Below, in pieces: positions 1 through 8,806 of a stretch of 64,000 nt of DNA. The notes beneath the pieces were generated by a model. That model did no database searches and was not told the DNA's origin. It worked only from the letters and a program-made list of their open reading frames with translations. Positions within the stretch are counted from its first letter, which is position 1, and every line of letters begins with the position of its first letter. The stretch covers positions 109,161 through 173,160 of the forward strand of contig JAWODC010000001.1 in NCBI GenBank assembly GCA_046483495.1, written 5' to 3'. The stretch is from Desulfobacterales bacterium. GTDB taxonomy: Bacteria > Desulfobacterota > Desulfobacteria > Desulfobacterales > UBA5616. Both the position numbers and the translations under genes were made by a program.

Positions 1-185
1 TCCGCGCAAAAAAAGAAAAAATCGAGGTAATTGACGCAGAGAGTCTGGAATCCGTGGAAACCAGGCAACGAGTCAAGGAACTTGCGTATCCAAAAAAATT
101 GAGATCCGGAACGGTGCTCAAGGGGGACCCCAAAGAAAAAGCCGTGAAGCTCGTTTCGATTCTTCATCAACGATCCATTATCTAA
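1..185 (+). CDS. etfB: Electron transfer flavoprotein beta subunit, C-terminal fragment (5' part outside window)
   Basis: Frame from base 3 reads RAKKEKIEVIDAESL...LKGDPKEKAVKLVSILHQRSII*, a typical EtfB C-terminus, 14 bp upstream of etfA. Confidence 0.8.
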   Translation, partial: RAKKEKIEVIDAESLESVETRQRVKELAYPKKLRSGTVLKGDPKEKAVKLVSILHQRSII

Positions 186-199
186 AACGTGATGCTTCC

Positions 200-1192
200 A
201 TGATAAACAATGTCATATATGTATTAGCCGAACACATCGAGGGTGGAATCCGGCCGGTGACCTATGAAATCATCGCCTTCGCCAAAGCGCTTCAAGCCGG
301 CATAGACGCCGACGTTACCGTCCTCCTTTTGGGAAACGGCATAGACGGAATGGCTGCTGAAATCGCTGAAAATACGGGCATCGATGTACAGGGGTTTCAG
401 CACGAATCACTTGCCGGGTATAATCAGGAATTGTATGCCTCGGTCCTCGCTTCGTTTTTCGCTGACAACCCGTTTGTCTATGTTTGCATGCCGCATTCCA
501 CACAAGGCATGGATCTAGCACCTGTTCTGGCCGTAAAAACCGGGGCCGCCTGCATTACCGGTGTGGAAGGCATGGAGTTCTCAACCGGTGCAATGGGCTT
601 TTACCGGTCGGTTTTCAACGGCAAGGCCTCGGCTTTCATGGTCGCCGAAACGACATCCACCGTCTTAACCGTTCAGGGCGGCATCGCAAAACCGGCTGTT
701 CGACAATCGGAAGCGTCGGGAAACGTACACATCTCAACTGTTCACATTCCACCGCATCAAACCCGATCCACCGGAATTGTGAGGGCTCGAACGGACAGCC
801 GATCGATTGCCGAGGCCGATATCATCATTTCAGCCGGCAGGGGCATCGGAAAACAGGAAAACCTGGATCTCGTTCGAATGCTGGCCGAACAGTTCTCGAA
901 ATCGGCGGTCGGGGGTTCACGCCCTCTTTGCGACCTCGGTTGGCTGGAATACCAGTGCCAGATCGGCATTACCGGACAAAGCGTTTCTCCGGAGCTTTAT
1001 GTCGCCTGCGGTATATCCGGAGCAGTTCAGCACTTGTCCGGAATTCGTGGTGCGGGATTCATCGTCGCCATCAATACGGACCCAAAGGCGGCAATTTTCA
1101 ATATGGCGGATGTCTGTATCGTGGAAGATGCAACCTCATTCATTCCCGTTCTCATCGAAGCACTGAAAAGCAGCGCCGCATTATCCGGATAA
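200..1192 (+). CDS. etfA: Electron transfer flavoprotein alpha subunit
   Basis: FAD-binding C-terminal signatures SAGRGIG, GGSRP, QIGITGQSVSPELYVACGISGAVQH, AINTDPKAAIF. Confidence 0.95.
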   Translation: MINNVIYVLAEHIEGGIRPVTYEIIAFAKALQAGIDADVTVLLLGNGIDGMAAEIAENTGIDVQGFQHESLAGYNQELYASVLASFFADNPFVYVCMPHSTQGMDLAPVLAVKTGAACITGVEGMEFSTGAMGFYRSVFNGKASAFMVAETTSTVLTVQGGIAKPAVRQSEASGNVHISTVHIPPHQTRSTGIVRARTDSRSIAEADIIISAGRGIGKQENLDLVRMLAEQFSKSAVGGSRPLCDLGWLEYQCQIGITGQSVSPELYVACGISGAVQHLSGIRGAGFIVAINTDPKAAIFNMADVCIVEDATSFIPVLIEALKSSAALSG

Positions 1193-1196
1193 ATGA

Positions 1197-1973
1197 TCAA
1201 GAAACCGCTTCCCGGGCATTCAATGCCGCTCCCAGGGCATTGATGATCTGGGGATGTTCGGGCCTGACCAGTTCAATCCCCAAAACACGTTCGGTCCGTT
1301 TCACCAGCCCGATATCGAGTGCGCCTCCCCCCACCATGGCGCATGGGGGCTGAAGCGTTACCCGGTCCGTCAACGTGGAGAGCTTTCTCGCCAAAGCCTC
1401 ATGGACACCGGCTAAAATATCTTCTTTCGAGGTGCCTTCCGCAACCCTCGATATGGCCTCGGACTCGCCGAAAACGGCGCAGCTCGTGGTAAAACTCACC
1501 GGGTTTTCGGAATCCAGGGATAAGCGTCCCGCATCCTCGAGCCGAATCTGGAGAACCCGTGCAATCACTTGCAGGAACCGTCCGCTGCCGGCGGCGCACT
1601 TTTCACTCACCACGAAGTTGATAATTTTTCCTTTATCATTGATCCGAAGAACCTTGCTCGCCTGTCCACCCACTTCAATGATGGTCCTGACACCATTGAA
1701 CAGGTGATGAACACCGGCGGCGCAGCAGGTCAGGTCACCCAATCGTTGATGGGCGAACCCGGCCCGGGAAGCACCCGAGCCGGTCGCCGTTATGGATGTG
1801 ATATCACCGGCCGATAAACCGCAGGCTGTCAGAATTTCGGAAAATATCGAATCGGCCGCCTCCTTGAAATTCGACCCGGATGAAATTTTTTTAAAAGCCG
1901 CCAATTCCCCATCTTTCAGGAGAACCATTTTTGTCGATACGGAACCCACATCGATGCCGCCATACCACGTCAT
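1197..1973 (-). CDS. BadF/BadG/BcrA/BcrD-family ATP-dependent activase (BcrD/BzdP-like)
   Basis: ASKHA motifs GIDVGSVSTK and degenerate EVGGQASK; cluster ligands in CAAGSGRFL and TSCAVF; start moved to ATG 1973 behind GGAGG. Confidence 0.85.
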   Translation of the reverse strand: MTWYGGIDVGSVSTKMVLLKDGELAAFKKISSGSNFKEAADSIFSEILTACGLSAGDITSITATGSGASRAGFAHQRLGDLTCCAAGVHHLFNGVRTIIEVGGQASKVLRINDKGKIINFVVSEKCAAGSGRFLQVIARVLQIRLEDAGRLSLDSENPVSFTTSCAVFGESEAISRVAEGTSKEDILAGVHEALARKLSTLTDRVTLQPPCAMVGGGALDIGLVKRTERVLGIELVRPEHPQIINALGAALNAREAVS

Positions 1974-1994
1974 AAAACCTCCGAAATACAATGG

Positions 1995-2846
1995 CTACCG
2001 CTGGTCGAAAAAACTGGCGGTCTTCAGAATTCTTTCTTTCTTCTCAAGGTTTTTACCTTTTTTCAATGCCGCAAAGTACCGTTCCCTGCCAAGCAAAGCC
2101 GCCCCTAAAGCACCTGTAATCAAGGGTTCTTCGCAAACGAACACCGGTTTTCCGAGATGATTTTCCAGAGCTTTGATCATTCCCTTGTTTTTGGCTACCC
2201 CGCCGGTGAACACCACGTCTCCTTCGATTTTGAGCTTGGATGCCATTCGAAAAGCGCGCCCGGCAATGGCATCATGCAGTCCTGCGACGATGTCCTCCAC
2301 CGGCACACCGTCGGAAAGATGAGAAATCACCTCCTGTTCGGCGAAAATCGTGCAGATGCTGCTGATTTTCACCTGGTTTTCGGCGCGAAGGGACAAATCT
2401 CCCATGTCTTCCAGGTTGACCCCTAACGTCTCGGCAATCACTTCCAGAAAGCGTCCGGTGCCGGCGGCGCATTTATCATTCATGACGAAATCCGCCACCT
2501 TTCCATTCACGATTTTTATCCCTTTGGCATCCTGACCGCCGATGTCGATCACCGTGCCCACCGTCGGAAAAAGGTGAAAGACGCCGCGGGCATGACAAGA
2601 AATTTCGGTTATCTGTTTATCGGCAAACGGTACGTTGATTCTGCCGTATCCCGTGGCAACCACAAAAGAAACCCTTTCAAAGTCGATCCCGGCCTGATCC
2701 AGGGCCTCTTCCATCACGATATTGGCCAGATGTCGGTGTTCGGGTCCTGTAGGGCCGATAACCTGTGCTCGTATGTCATTGTTCAGAATAATGGCCTTGG
2801 TCATCGTAGAGCCGATATCGATGCCTGCAAAATACAAATCCTCCAA
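1995..2846 (-). CDS. BadF/BadG/BcrA/BcrD-family ATP-dependent activase (BcrA/BzdQ/HgdC-like)
   Basis: GIDIGSTMTK, ATGYGR, DIGGQDAK, MNDKCAAGTGRFL, CTIFAE, GALGAAL. Confidence 0.9.
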   Translation of the reverse strand: MEDLYFAGIDIGSTMTKAIILNNDIRAQVIGPTGPEHRHLANIVMEEALDQAGIDFERVSFVVATGYGRINVPFADKQITEISCHARGVFHLFPTVGTVIDIGGQDAKGIKIVNGKVADFVMNDKCAAGTGRFLEVIAETLGVNLEDMGDLSLRAENQVKISSICTIFAEQEVISHLSDGVPVEDIVAGLHDAIAGRAFRMASKLKIEGDVVFTGGVAKNKGMIKALENHLGKPVFVCEEPLITGALGAALLGRERYFAALKKGKNLEKKERILKTASFFDQR

Positions 2847-2921
2847 AGGACTACCCCCTGCTCCGATATATATTTGCCCGCTTCAGCGGCGGAACCAACA
2901 TGCCGTCTGCCTGTCTTGCCC

Positions 2922-4079
2922 CTAGGTCAACAACTCTAAAAAGGCCTGCACCCTGTTTTTCAGCTGGGCTTCGGCAACCATGGAATATTCATGCTCCAAG
3001 TACATGGCGGGCAGATTCATTTTTTCAAAATATGTTTTCAAGCCGGGCACTTCATAGCCGTGGGTATCACAATATTTCACGGATTGAAGCAATACACCGT
3101 CCACCTTCCAATCCCGGGCAAAGGTTTTTAAATATCCAAAACGCTGCTCCAGTTCCTCTTCGAAGGTATCGGCCGATTCCCTGAAGGTACGCGGGCAAGT
3201 GATGTCCTCCAGGTAACGCTTTACAAGACCGTCCAGCGGATCGTCGGTAACCGGAACATCGGCCCAGTAATGGCGACTGCCCACACACATGTCGTCCATA
3301 ACGATGTTCGCGTCCAGGCTTTCAATCATTTCGATAAGGTTTACTTCGGTCAACGGGCTTCCCCACAGCATCAGCCGTGCGTCTTTTGCCTCGGGGCCGT
3401 CTTCTCTCGTTTTGGCTTCCGCGATAATATCCTCGAGCATCTGCGATCCCTCTTCGATCGGCAGACACATCAGGGCGATCATAATTTTCAACGTTTCCGA
3501 ACCCGAAATCAACGGCGGGTCCTCTTTTCTCAAATCATACAACGACCGCACCAGGGCCCGCTGGCGGTTGTGCACTTCGATTTCCTGCCGCAGACGATCC
3601 TCATCCAGTTTTCTACCCGTAAACTTTTCCAACGCCTGCTTGAAGGTGATCAGCTTGTCTTTGAATTGGGAGAATGAATTCGGGCGGATCACATGAGGCA
3701 TATCGATATGGTGATGAAACGGCAGATCGATTTCATGCTCCCATATGCGGCAAAACTTTTCTTCACAGTCACAGGTATGGGCCGCCGTGAAGCCGTCCAA
3801 AAAATCATATAATCCTTTTTGCGCCAAATCCAGGCTCGACCGGATAATGGGGCAGACAATCGTGGGAATATTGGCATCCGCCTTGGTGATGGGCTCATGC
3901 ATGCTCCCCTGGACTCTGAAAGGCACGAAATCCATGGCGGTAATCATCTCGAGCGGGGGATAGGAACAATAATAGCCCATTATTTTTTTGCCTTCATTTT
4001 TCAGGGCTTTCACCCGCAATCCGCGGTCATCGTATATCTCTTCAGCTTTGTTCAAGCCTTTTGGTTGTGTATAGGTCAT
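2922..4079 (-). CDS. 2-hydroxyacyl-CoA dehydratase / benzoyl-CoA reductase family subunit (BcrC/BzdN-like)
   Basis: GYYCSYPPLEMI, HTCD, DDMCVGSR, KYCDTHGYE, C-terminal QLKNRVQAFLE. Confidence 0.85.
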   Translation of the reverse strand: MTYTQPKGLNKAEEIYDDRGLRVKALKNEGKKIMGYYCSYPPLEMITAMDFVPFRVQGSMHEPITKADANIPTIVCPIIRSSLDLAQKGLYDFLDGFTAAHTCDCEEKFCRIWEHEIDLPFHHHIDMPHVIRPNSFSQFKDKLITFKQALEKFTGRKLDEDRLRQEIEVHNRQRALVRSLYDLRKEDPPLISGSETLKIMIALMCLPIEEGSQMLEDIIAEAKTREDGPEAKDARLMLWGSPLTEVNLIEMIESLDANIVMDDMCVGSRHYWADVPVTDDPLDGLVKRYLEDITCPRTFRESADTFEEELEQRFGYLKTFARDWKVDGVLLQSVKYCDTHGYEVPGLKTYFEKMNLPAMYLEHEYSMVAEAQLKNRVQAFLELLT

Positions 4080-4103
4080 GCGTCAACTCCTTTTCAATTT
4101 TCT

Positions 4104-5441
4104 CTACCAGTCCAACCCTTTTTGTTTTCTCTGCTCCCGATAATGGTCCATCGAATCTTCGAAGGCCTGGGCGTTTTCAAGCACCTCGTCCGGATCGAAA
4201 ACCGAAAAATCCACGATATCGCCTTCCATGTTCATGCTTGGAATGTCCAATTCCCTCTTCAGCACGTTTGAGGCATGGGTCAACCAAAACGTGGCGGTTC
4301 TGCAGGAAAGAAGTGAATGCGTGATAAATCCATCGATTCGGTATTCTCTCGCCCAATTATAATATGCCTGAACCGGAACGATAAGGGGATAATTCTTCTG
4401 TTGCGCCTTGTGCAAATGGCCAACGCCCACCCAATAGGTCCACCGGGTCAGCCGTTCCAAAACATTATCGGTGGGTTCCATCGCCATGGGTTCGGGAGGA
4501 TGGTATCCCTGGCTTTCGATGACAAAGTTCCATCCTCTATCGGCCAGTTCCTCGAAGAAACTCAAACTGTGCCAGGGCGGCAGTTCGGCAAACATCAGTC
4601 GGTATTTTTCAGGGGTGACCGCACCGATGCCCTTGTCCACCCGCTCCTTTACTTCATCGTAAACTTGCCGGTACAAGTCCAGCGCTTCTTTTTCGGCCGT
4701 CATGTAGTAGCCGGGTACCATCAGCGTCCAGAAATCCCTGGAATGCATGGGACAGGGATCGGCTTTCCGCATTTCATTGATTTCCCACCAGATTTGGAAA
4801 ACCTTCTCCTGATTGTCCACATAGGCTTCCAGAAGGTCCATATCTATTTTTTTGCCCAGGAGATTTTCCAGAAATTCGATAAAGCGCTCGAGTTCTCTTA
4901 CTTTGTGCTGAATATTCTCCTGATGAACACCGGGTTTTACATCTTCACTGGTATCATACACCGGCGTATCGATGGTCCAAACAGGCACGTCGTAATATTG
5001 CCTGACTGCCTGAAACCACTTAAAGCGGGTGTCGCAGCCGATTCCGGAACCGAGCATGAAGGTCGGCGGCGCCATTCCCCCCAACGGTGCGTCGGATGGA
5101 ATCTTCCCCAGTCGTTTCATTTCTGCAACATATCCGATATGGTTTCGGGAGTATCCGCACAAATGGGTGGGAAAACCTTCGCCGTCGCATATGGCCTGAT
5201 ATTTTTGCGCCATTCCGGTGGATGCGCATACTGTGCCGTAATTTTCAGGATAAACGGGGGTCACCCCCATGGCCCGCATGACCATATCGCCTTCCCACCA
5301 ATTCACCATGCTCCATGCCAAGGGACGTCCTTCAGCAGCCGCGGTAACCCCTTCACTGTACATTTTATTCACCATCGGGCGAACGATATTTCTGGAGTTT
5401 AACCGGTTAATCACCTTCTTTTTCTTCTTTTCATCCCCCAT
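4104..5441 (-). CDS. 2-hydroxyacyl-CoA dehydratase / benzoyl-CoA reductase family subunit (BcrB/BzdO-like)
   Basis: YPENY, HLCGYSR, GCDTRFKWF, LSCR, MEGDIVD; start placed at ATG 5441 (ORF track gives 5501). Confidence 0.85.
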   Translation of the reverse strand: MGDEKKKKKVINRLNSRNIVRPMVNKMYSEGVTAAAEGRPLAWSMVNWWEGDMVMRAMGVTPVYPENYGTVCASTGMAQKYQAICDGEGFPTHLCGYSRNHIGYVAEMKRLGKIPSDAPLGGMAPPTFMLGSGIGCDTRFKWFQAVRQYYDVPVWTIDTPVYDTSEDVKPGVHQENIQHKVRELERFIEFLENLLGKKIDMDLLEAYVDNQEKVFQIWWEINEMRKADPCPMHSRDFWTLMVPGYYMTAEKEALDLYRQVYDEVKERVDKGIGAVTPEKYRLMFAELPPWHSLSFFEELADRGWNFVIESQGYHPPEPMAMEPTDNVLERLTRWTYWVGVGHLHKAQQKNYPLIVPVQAYYNWAREYRIDGFITHSLLSCRTATFWLTHASNVLKRELDIPSMNMEGDIVDFSVFDPDEVLENAQAFEDSMDHYREQRKQKGLDW

Positions 5442-5871
5442 TTTACGCTTCCTTTCTTCGGAAAAATATAATTTTGCCAATAATTTCTTGCGCTCATGCA
5501 AATTTATTTAGATCAATTTATTCCTGGCCTGTCAAGCATCTTCTCATGGGAACCCACGCCGGAAGTGTACCCTGCGCCGTGATGCGGGCAATTTTTTAAA
5601 CCCGATCATAACCGCTTATTGCTGCATTATTTTCTATTTACTAATGCTGTTCGATATGCTTTAATTTTGCAAAATTTCCAAGCGGCTCATATGCCCTCTG
5701 ATCTTCTCACGAAAACGGCCGCGTTCGGCTTCCGGGTCTCCGTAATCCACCGCCGTGGGGTTGTATGAAGGTGAGGGGGTCGCGTCTACGTTTATGTCTT
5801 CGTGCGATCCTTATTCATCGCTCGTCTAACATTTTAATTCGTTATCGTCTTATATCAGCGGGAGGTCTTTC

Positions 5872-7200
5872 ATGAAGAAGTCTCTAGTATCCATTGTAAG
5901 GTACGAAAAACCGTATGAATCCGTTCGAAAAGCCGTGGATTTGGCAAAAGGTCTGGATCATCTGCCAAACAAGGCAAAAGTTTTCATTAAACCAAATATC
6001 GTCTTTTGGACCATGGCGACAAAATTCCCTAAGTGGGGCGTCATCACCACGTCGAGAGTGATCGAAGATGTCGTTGTGCTGTTAAAAGAGCGCGGCATCG
6101 ACGACATCACTATCGGTGAAGGAATGGTTCTTGGAAAAGCCAAAGACAAGGAAACCCCGGCCCATGCCTTTGAAACGCTCGGATACAATGTCTTGAAGAA
6201 AAAGTACGGCGTTAAAGCCATGAATGTATTCGAGGGGGAAATGGAAAAAGTGGATCTCGGCGGCGGCGTGGAACTCACGTTTGCAGCGGAAATCCTCCAC
6301 AGCGATTTCGTTGTCGACATCCCGGCCATGAAAACCCACAACCAGACGGTTGTCAGCCTGGGCATCAAAAATCTTAAAGGCATGATCGACCTGGAATCAC
6401 GAAAAATATGCCACAATGCCGACCCCAACAAGGATTTGAATTACCACGTTGCCCGACTCGCGGATAAGATGCCGCCCATGCTGACCATTTTGGACGGCAT
6501 TTACACGCTCGAAAAGGGTCCGTCCTTTGACGGCCGAATGCATCGCAGCAACTTACTGGTGGCCTCATCGGACGTGCTGTCGGCGGACATGGTCGGTGCG
6601 AAAATCCTGGGTTACGACCCCTCGGAAGTTCCCCACCTGGTCTTTGCCGCCGAAAACCGCAACCGTCCCCATGATTTATCGGATGTCGACACCGTCGGCG
6701 AAAACATCGAAGCGGTTCAGTCATTTCACAAAAGCGATTTTGAGTATGTCGATGATGAAAAAGGCTGCATGCCGTCAGCACTGACCAAAAACGGCATCGA
6801 AGGACTGTTTTACCGAAAATTCGACCTGTCCATGTGCACCTATTGCTCCGGCTTCAACGGAATGCTGCTGACCGCCATTCGAAGCGCATGGAAAGGAGAA
6901 CCCTGGGACAAAGTCGAGGTCCTCACCGGCAAGCAGATGAAGCCGACTCCCGGCATGAACAAAACCATTCTGGTGGGAAAATGCATGTATGATGCCAACA
7001 AAAACAACCCCGATATCAAAGAAATGATCGCGATCAAAGGCTGTCCGCCGCAGCCCAAAAGCGCCATAAAGGCCCTTCATGAGGCCGGCATCGACGTCGA
7101 TCCGACCTTCTTCGATAATTTGGATCTGGGTCCGGGCCTCTTTTTAAGCCGTTACGAGGGAAAAGCCGAATTCGATGAATCGTTTTTTCAAATCCAATAA
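5872..7200 (+). CDS. DUF362-domain Fe-S protein
   Basis: VFIKPN, IGEG, MKTHNQTVVSLGIKNLKG, DVLSADMVGAKILG; C-terminal CTYC...GKC...GCPP; GGGAGG RBS. Confidence 0.8.
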   Translation: MKKSLVSIVRYEKPYESVRKAVDLAKGLDHLPNKAKVFIKPNIVFWTMATKFPKWGVITTSRVIEDVVVLLKERGIDDITIGEGMVLGKAKDKETPAHAFETLGYNVLKKKYGVKAMNVFEGEMEKVDLGGGVELTFAAEILHSDFVVDIPAMKTHNQTVVSLGIKNLKGMIDLESRKICHNADPNKDLNYHVARLADKMPPMLTILDGIYTLEKGPSFDGRMHRSNLLVASSDVLSADMVGAKILGYDPSEVPHLVFAAENRNRPHDLSDVDTVGENIEAVQSFHKSDFEYVDDEKGCMPSALTKNGIEGLFYRKFDLSMCTYCSGFNGMLLTAIRSAWKGEPWDKVEVLTGKQMKPTPGMNKTILVGKCMYDANKNNPDIKEMIAIKGCPPQPKSAIKALHEAGIDVDPTFFDNLDLGPGLFLSRYEGKAEFDESFFQIQ

Positions 7201-7231
7201 ACAGACCGGATGCCGAGAAAATTCCGTTTAT

Positions 7232-7263
7232 GTGAAGCCCCGGAAGGGGCTTTACGTTTTTTT
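7232..7263 (+). terminator. Rho-independent terminator after the DUF362 gene
   Basis: Stem gtgaagcccc-ggaa-ggggctttac followed by g and T7. Confidence 0.8.
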
Positions 7264-7292
7264 GGCACCCTTCGCCCTGCTGTTCAACGGCG

Positions 7293-8732
7293 ATGAATCC
7301 AGGGGATACCATCGTGTCCAAATCCATCACTGAAGAACTGAAGCCGCTTTTCCAACCGGAGTCGATTGCGATCATCGGCGCTTCCCAGACAGAAGGCAAA
7401 TGGGGAAACATGATGGTTACCCGTCCGGTTCAATCCGGTTATCGTGGCCGCATCTATCCGATCAACCCGAATGCAAAAACCATTTACGGTCTGAAGGCGT
7501 TTCCCGGCATCCTTGAAGTTCCGGAGACTGTCGATTTGGCGATCTTCACGATTCCGGCGCCGATGGTGCCGAACGCGATGAAAGAGTGCGTCAAAAAAGG
7601 CGTCAAGGCGGGGGTCGTGATCTCCGCCGGATTCGCAGAAACCGGGAAAACGGGTGAATCGCTTCAGCTGGAAACCGCCGACATCGCAAAATCAGGCGGC
7701 ATTCGATTTATCGGTCCGAATTGCATGGGATTCTACAGCTCTTCAGTCCGGTTAAACACGGCTTTTGCCTTTATGCCCGAACCCGGAGGCATCTCATTCG
7801 TATCGCAAAGCGGAACGATGGGCGGGTATTTGCTGGAAAACGCCAATAATAAAGGCTACGGGTTTCATTCCTTTTTGAGCGTGGGGAACCAGGCGGATCT
7901 TTCCATGGCCGATTACATCGACTATTTTGGCGACGATGAAGCCACTAAAGTCATCGTTTTGTACATCGAGGGACTGAAAGATGCACGGCGTTTCATCGAA
8001 AAGGCACGAAAAACGATCAAGAAAAAGCCGATCATCGTATACAAAGCAGGCCGAACCGAGAGCGGTTCCAGGGCCACCATGAGCCACACCGCCTCTATCG
8101 CCGGTTCCGATGCGGTTTTCGAATCCGCCTGCCGCCAGGTCGGCATCATCCGAACATATGATGTTATTCATGCATTCGACCTGGCGGAAGCGCTTTCAAA
8201 GCAGCCCCTCCCCCGGGGAAATCGGGTGGCCGTCGTTTCGGGCGGGGGAGGCCACTGCGTCGTGTCCACCGATGCATGCGGTGTTTACGGGCTCGACGTG
8301 CCGGAACTCGATGCGGGAACGAGCCGGCGCATCTCCAAATTGCTGCTGCCACACGCCCCGGTGCCCAAAAATCCCATTGACATGGCGGCGGATCCGAGAC
8401 CGTCCACCCTGGCCAAGATTCTGACCATCCTGGCAGAACATCCGGGAATCGATATCATAATGGCATCTGCGCCGTTTTTTCGAAATGTATTTGAACCCAA
8501 AGTCCTGCAAAAATTCATGGACACGGTCATCACTTTGTCCGAAATTCCGCAAAAATACGGCAAACCGCTGCTCGCCATGACGCATCGCAGCCGAATGCAG
8601 GGGATTTTCTATGAGATCATGAAGAACAGGGATATCCCCTTTTATGAATTTCCCGAAGAAGCCGCTCGGGCGGCATACGGCTTGCATCGGTATTCACAAA
8701 TTCGGTCCGGTTGGCTGAAAGCTGAAAGGTAA
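7293..8732 (+). CDS. ADP-forming acetate/acyl-CoA synthetase, alpha-type subunit (CoA-binding, no ATP-grasp domain)
   Basis: IAIIGAS, SAGFAE, GPNCMG, SQSG, VGNQAD, phospho-His motif SHTASIAG, NPIDM; true start may be GTG 7315. Confidence 0.85.
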   Translation: MNPGDTIVSKSITEELKPLFQPESIAIIGASQTEGKWGNMMVTRPVQSGYRGRIYPINPNAKTIYGLKAFPGILEVPETVDLAIFTIPAPMVPNAMKECVKKGVKAGVVISAGFAETGKTGESLQLETADIAKSGGIRFIGPNCMGFYSSSVRLNTAFAFMPEPGGISFVSQSGTMGGYLLENANNKGYGFHSFLSVGNQADLSMADYIDYFGDDEATKVIVLYIEGLKDARRFIEKARKTIKKKPIIVYKAGRTESGSRATMSHTASIAGSDAVFESACRQVGIIRTYDVIHAFDLAEALSKQPLPRGNRVAVVSGGGGHCVVSTDACGVYGLDVPELDAGTSRRISKLLLPHAPVPKNPIDMAADPRPSTLAKILTILAEHPGIDIIMASAPFFRNVFEPKVLQKFMDTVITLSEIPQKYGKPLLAMTHRSRMQGIFYEIMKNRDIPFYEFPEEAARAAYGLHRYSQIRSGWLKAER

Positions 8733-8741
8733 AAGCTGAAA
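8714..8741 (+). repeat. Short heptamer tandem repeat (GCTGAAA x3 plus GGTAAAA)
   Basis: gctgaaa gctgaaa ggtaaaa gctgaaa, read directly across the stop codon. Confidence 0.6.
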
Positions 8742-8806
8742 ACCGGGTGGATGGTACCGGTTTATTCCGATGATTATACGACAGATTATGCTGCACTCCA
8801 CCTATT

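Noticed and set aside
484..1353. 289-aa alternate-frame ORF over etfA
   Set aside because: Arg/Ser-rich off-frame translation of a clear gene.
4317..5402. 361-aa plus-strand ORF
   Set aside because: Antisense shadow of the dehydratase/reductase subunit; no recognisable motifs.
5520..5870. Riboswitch in the divergent intergenic region
   Set aside because: Some pairing potential, but no recognisable conserved riboswitch motif.
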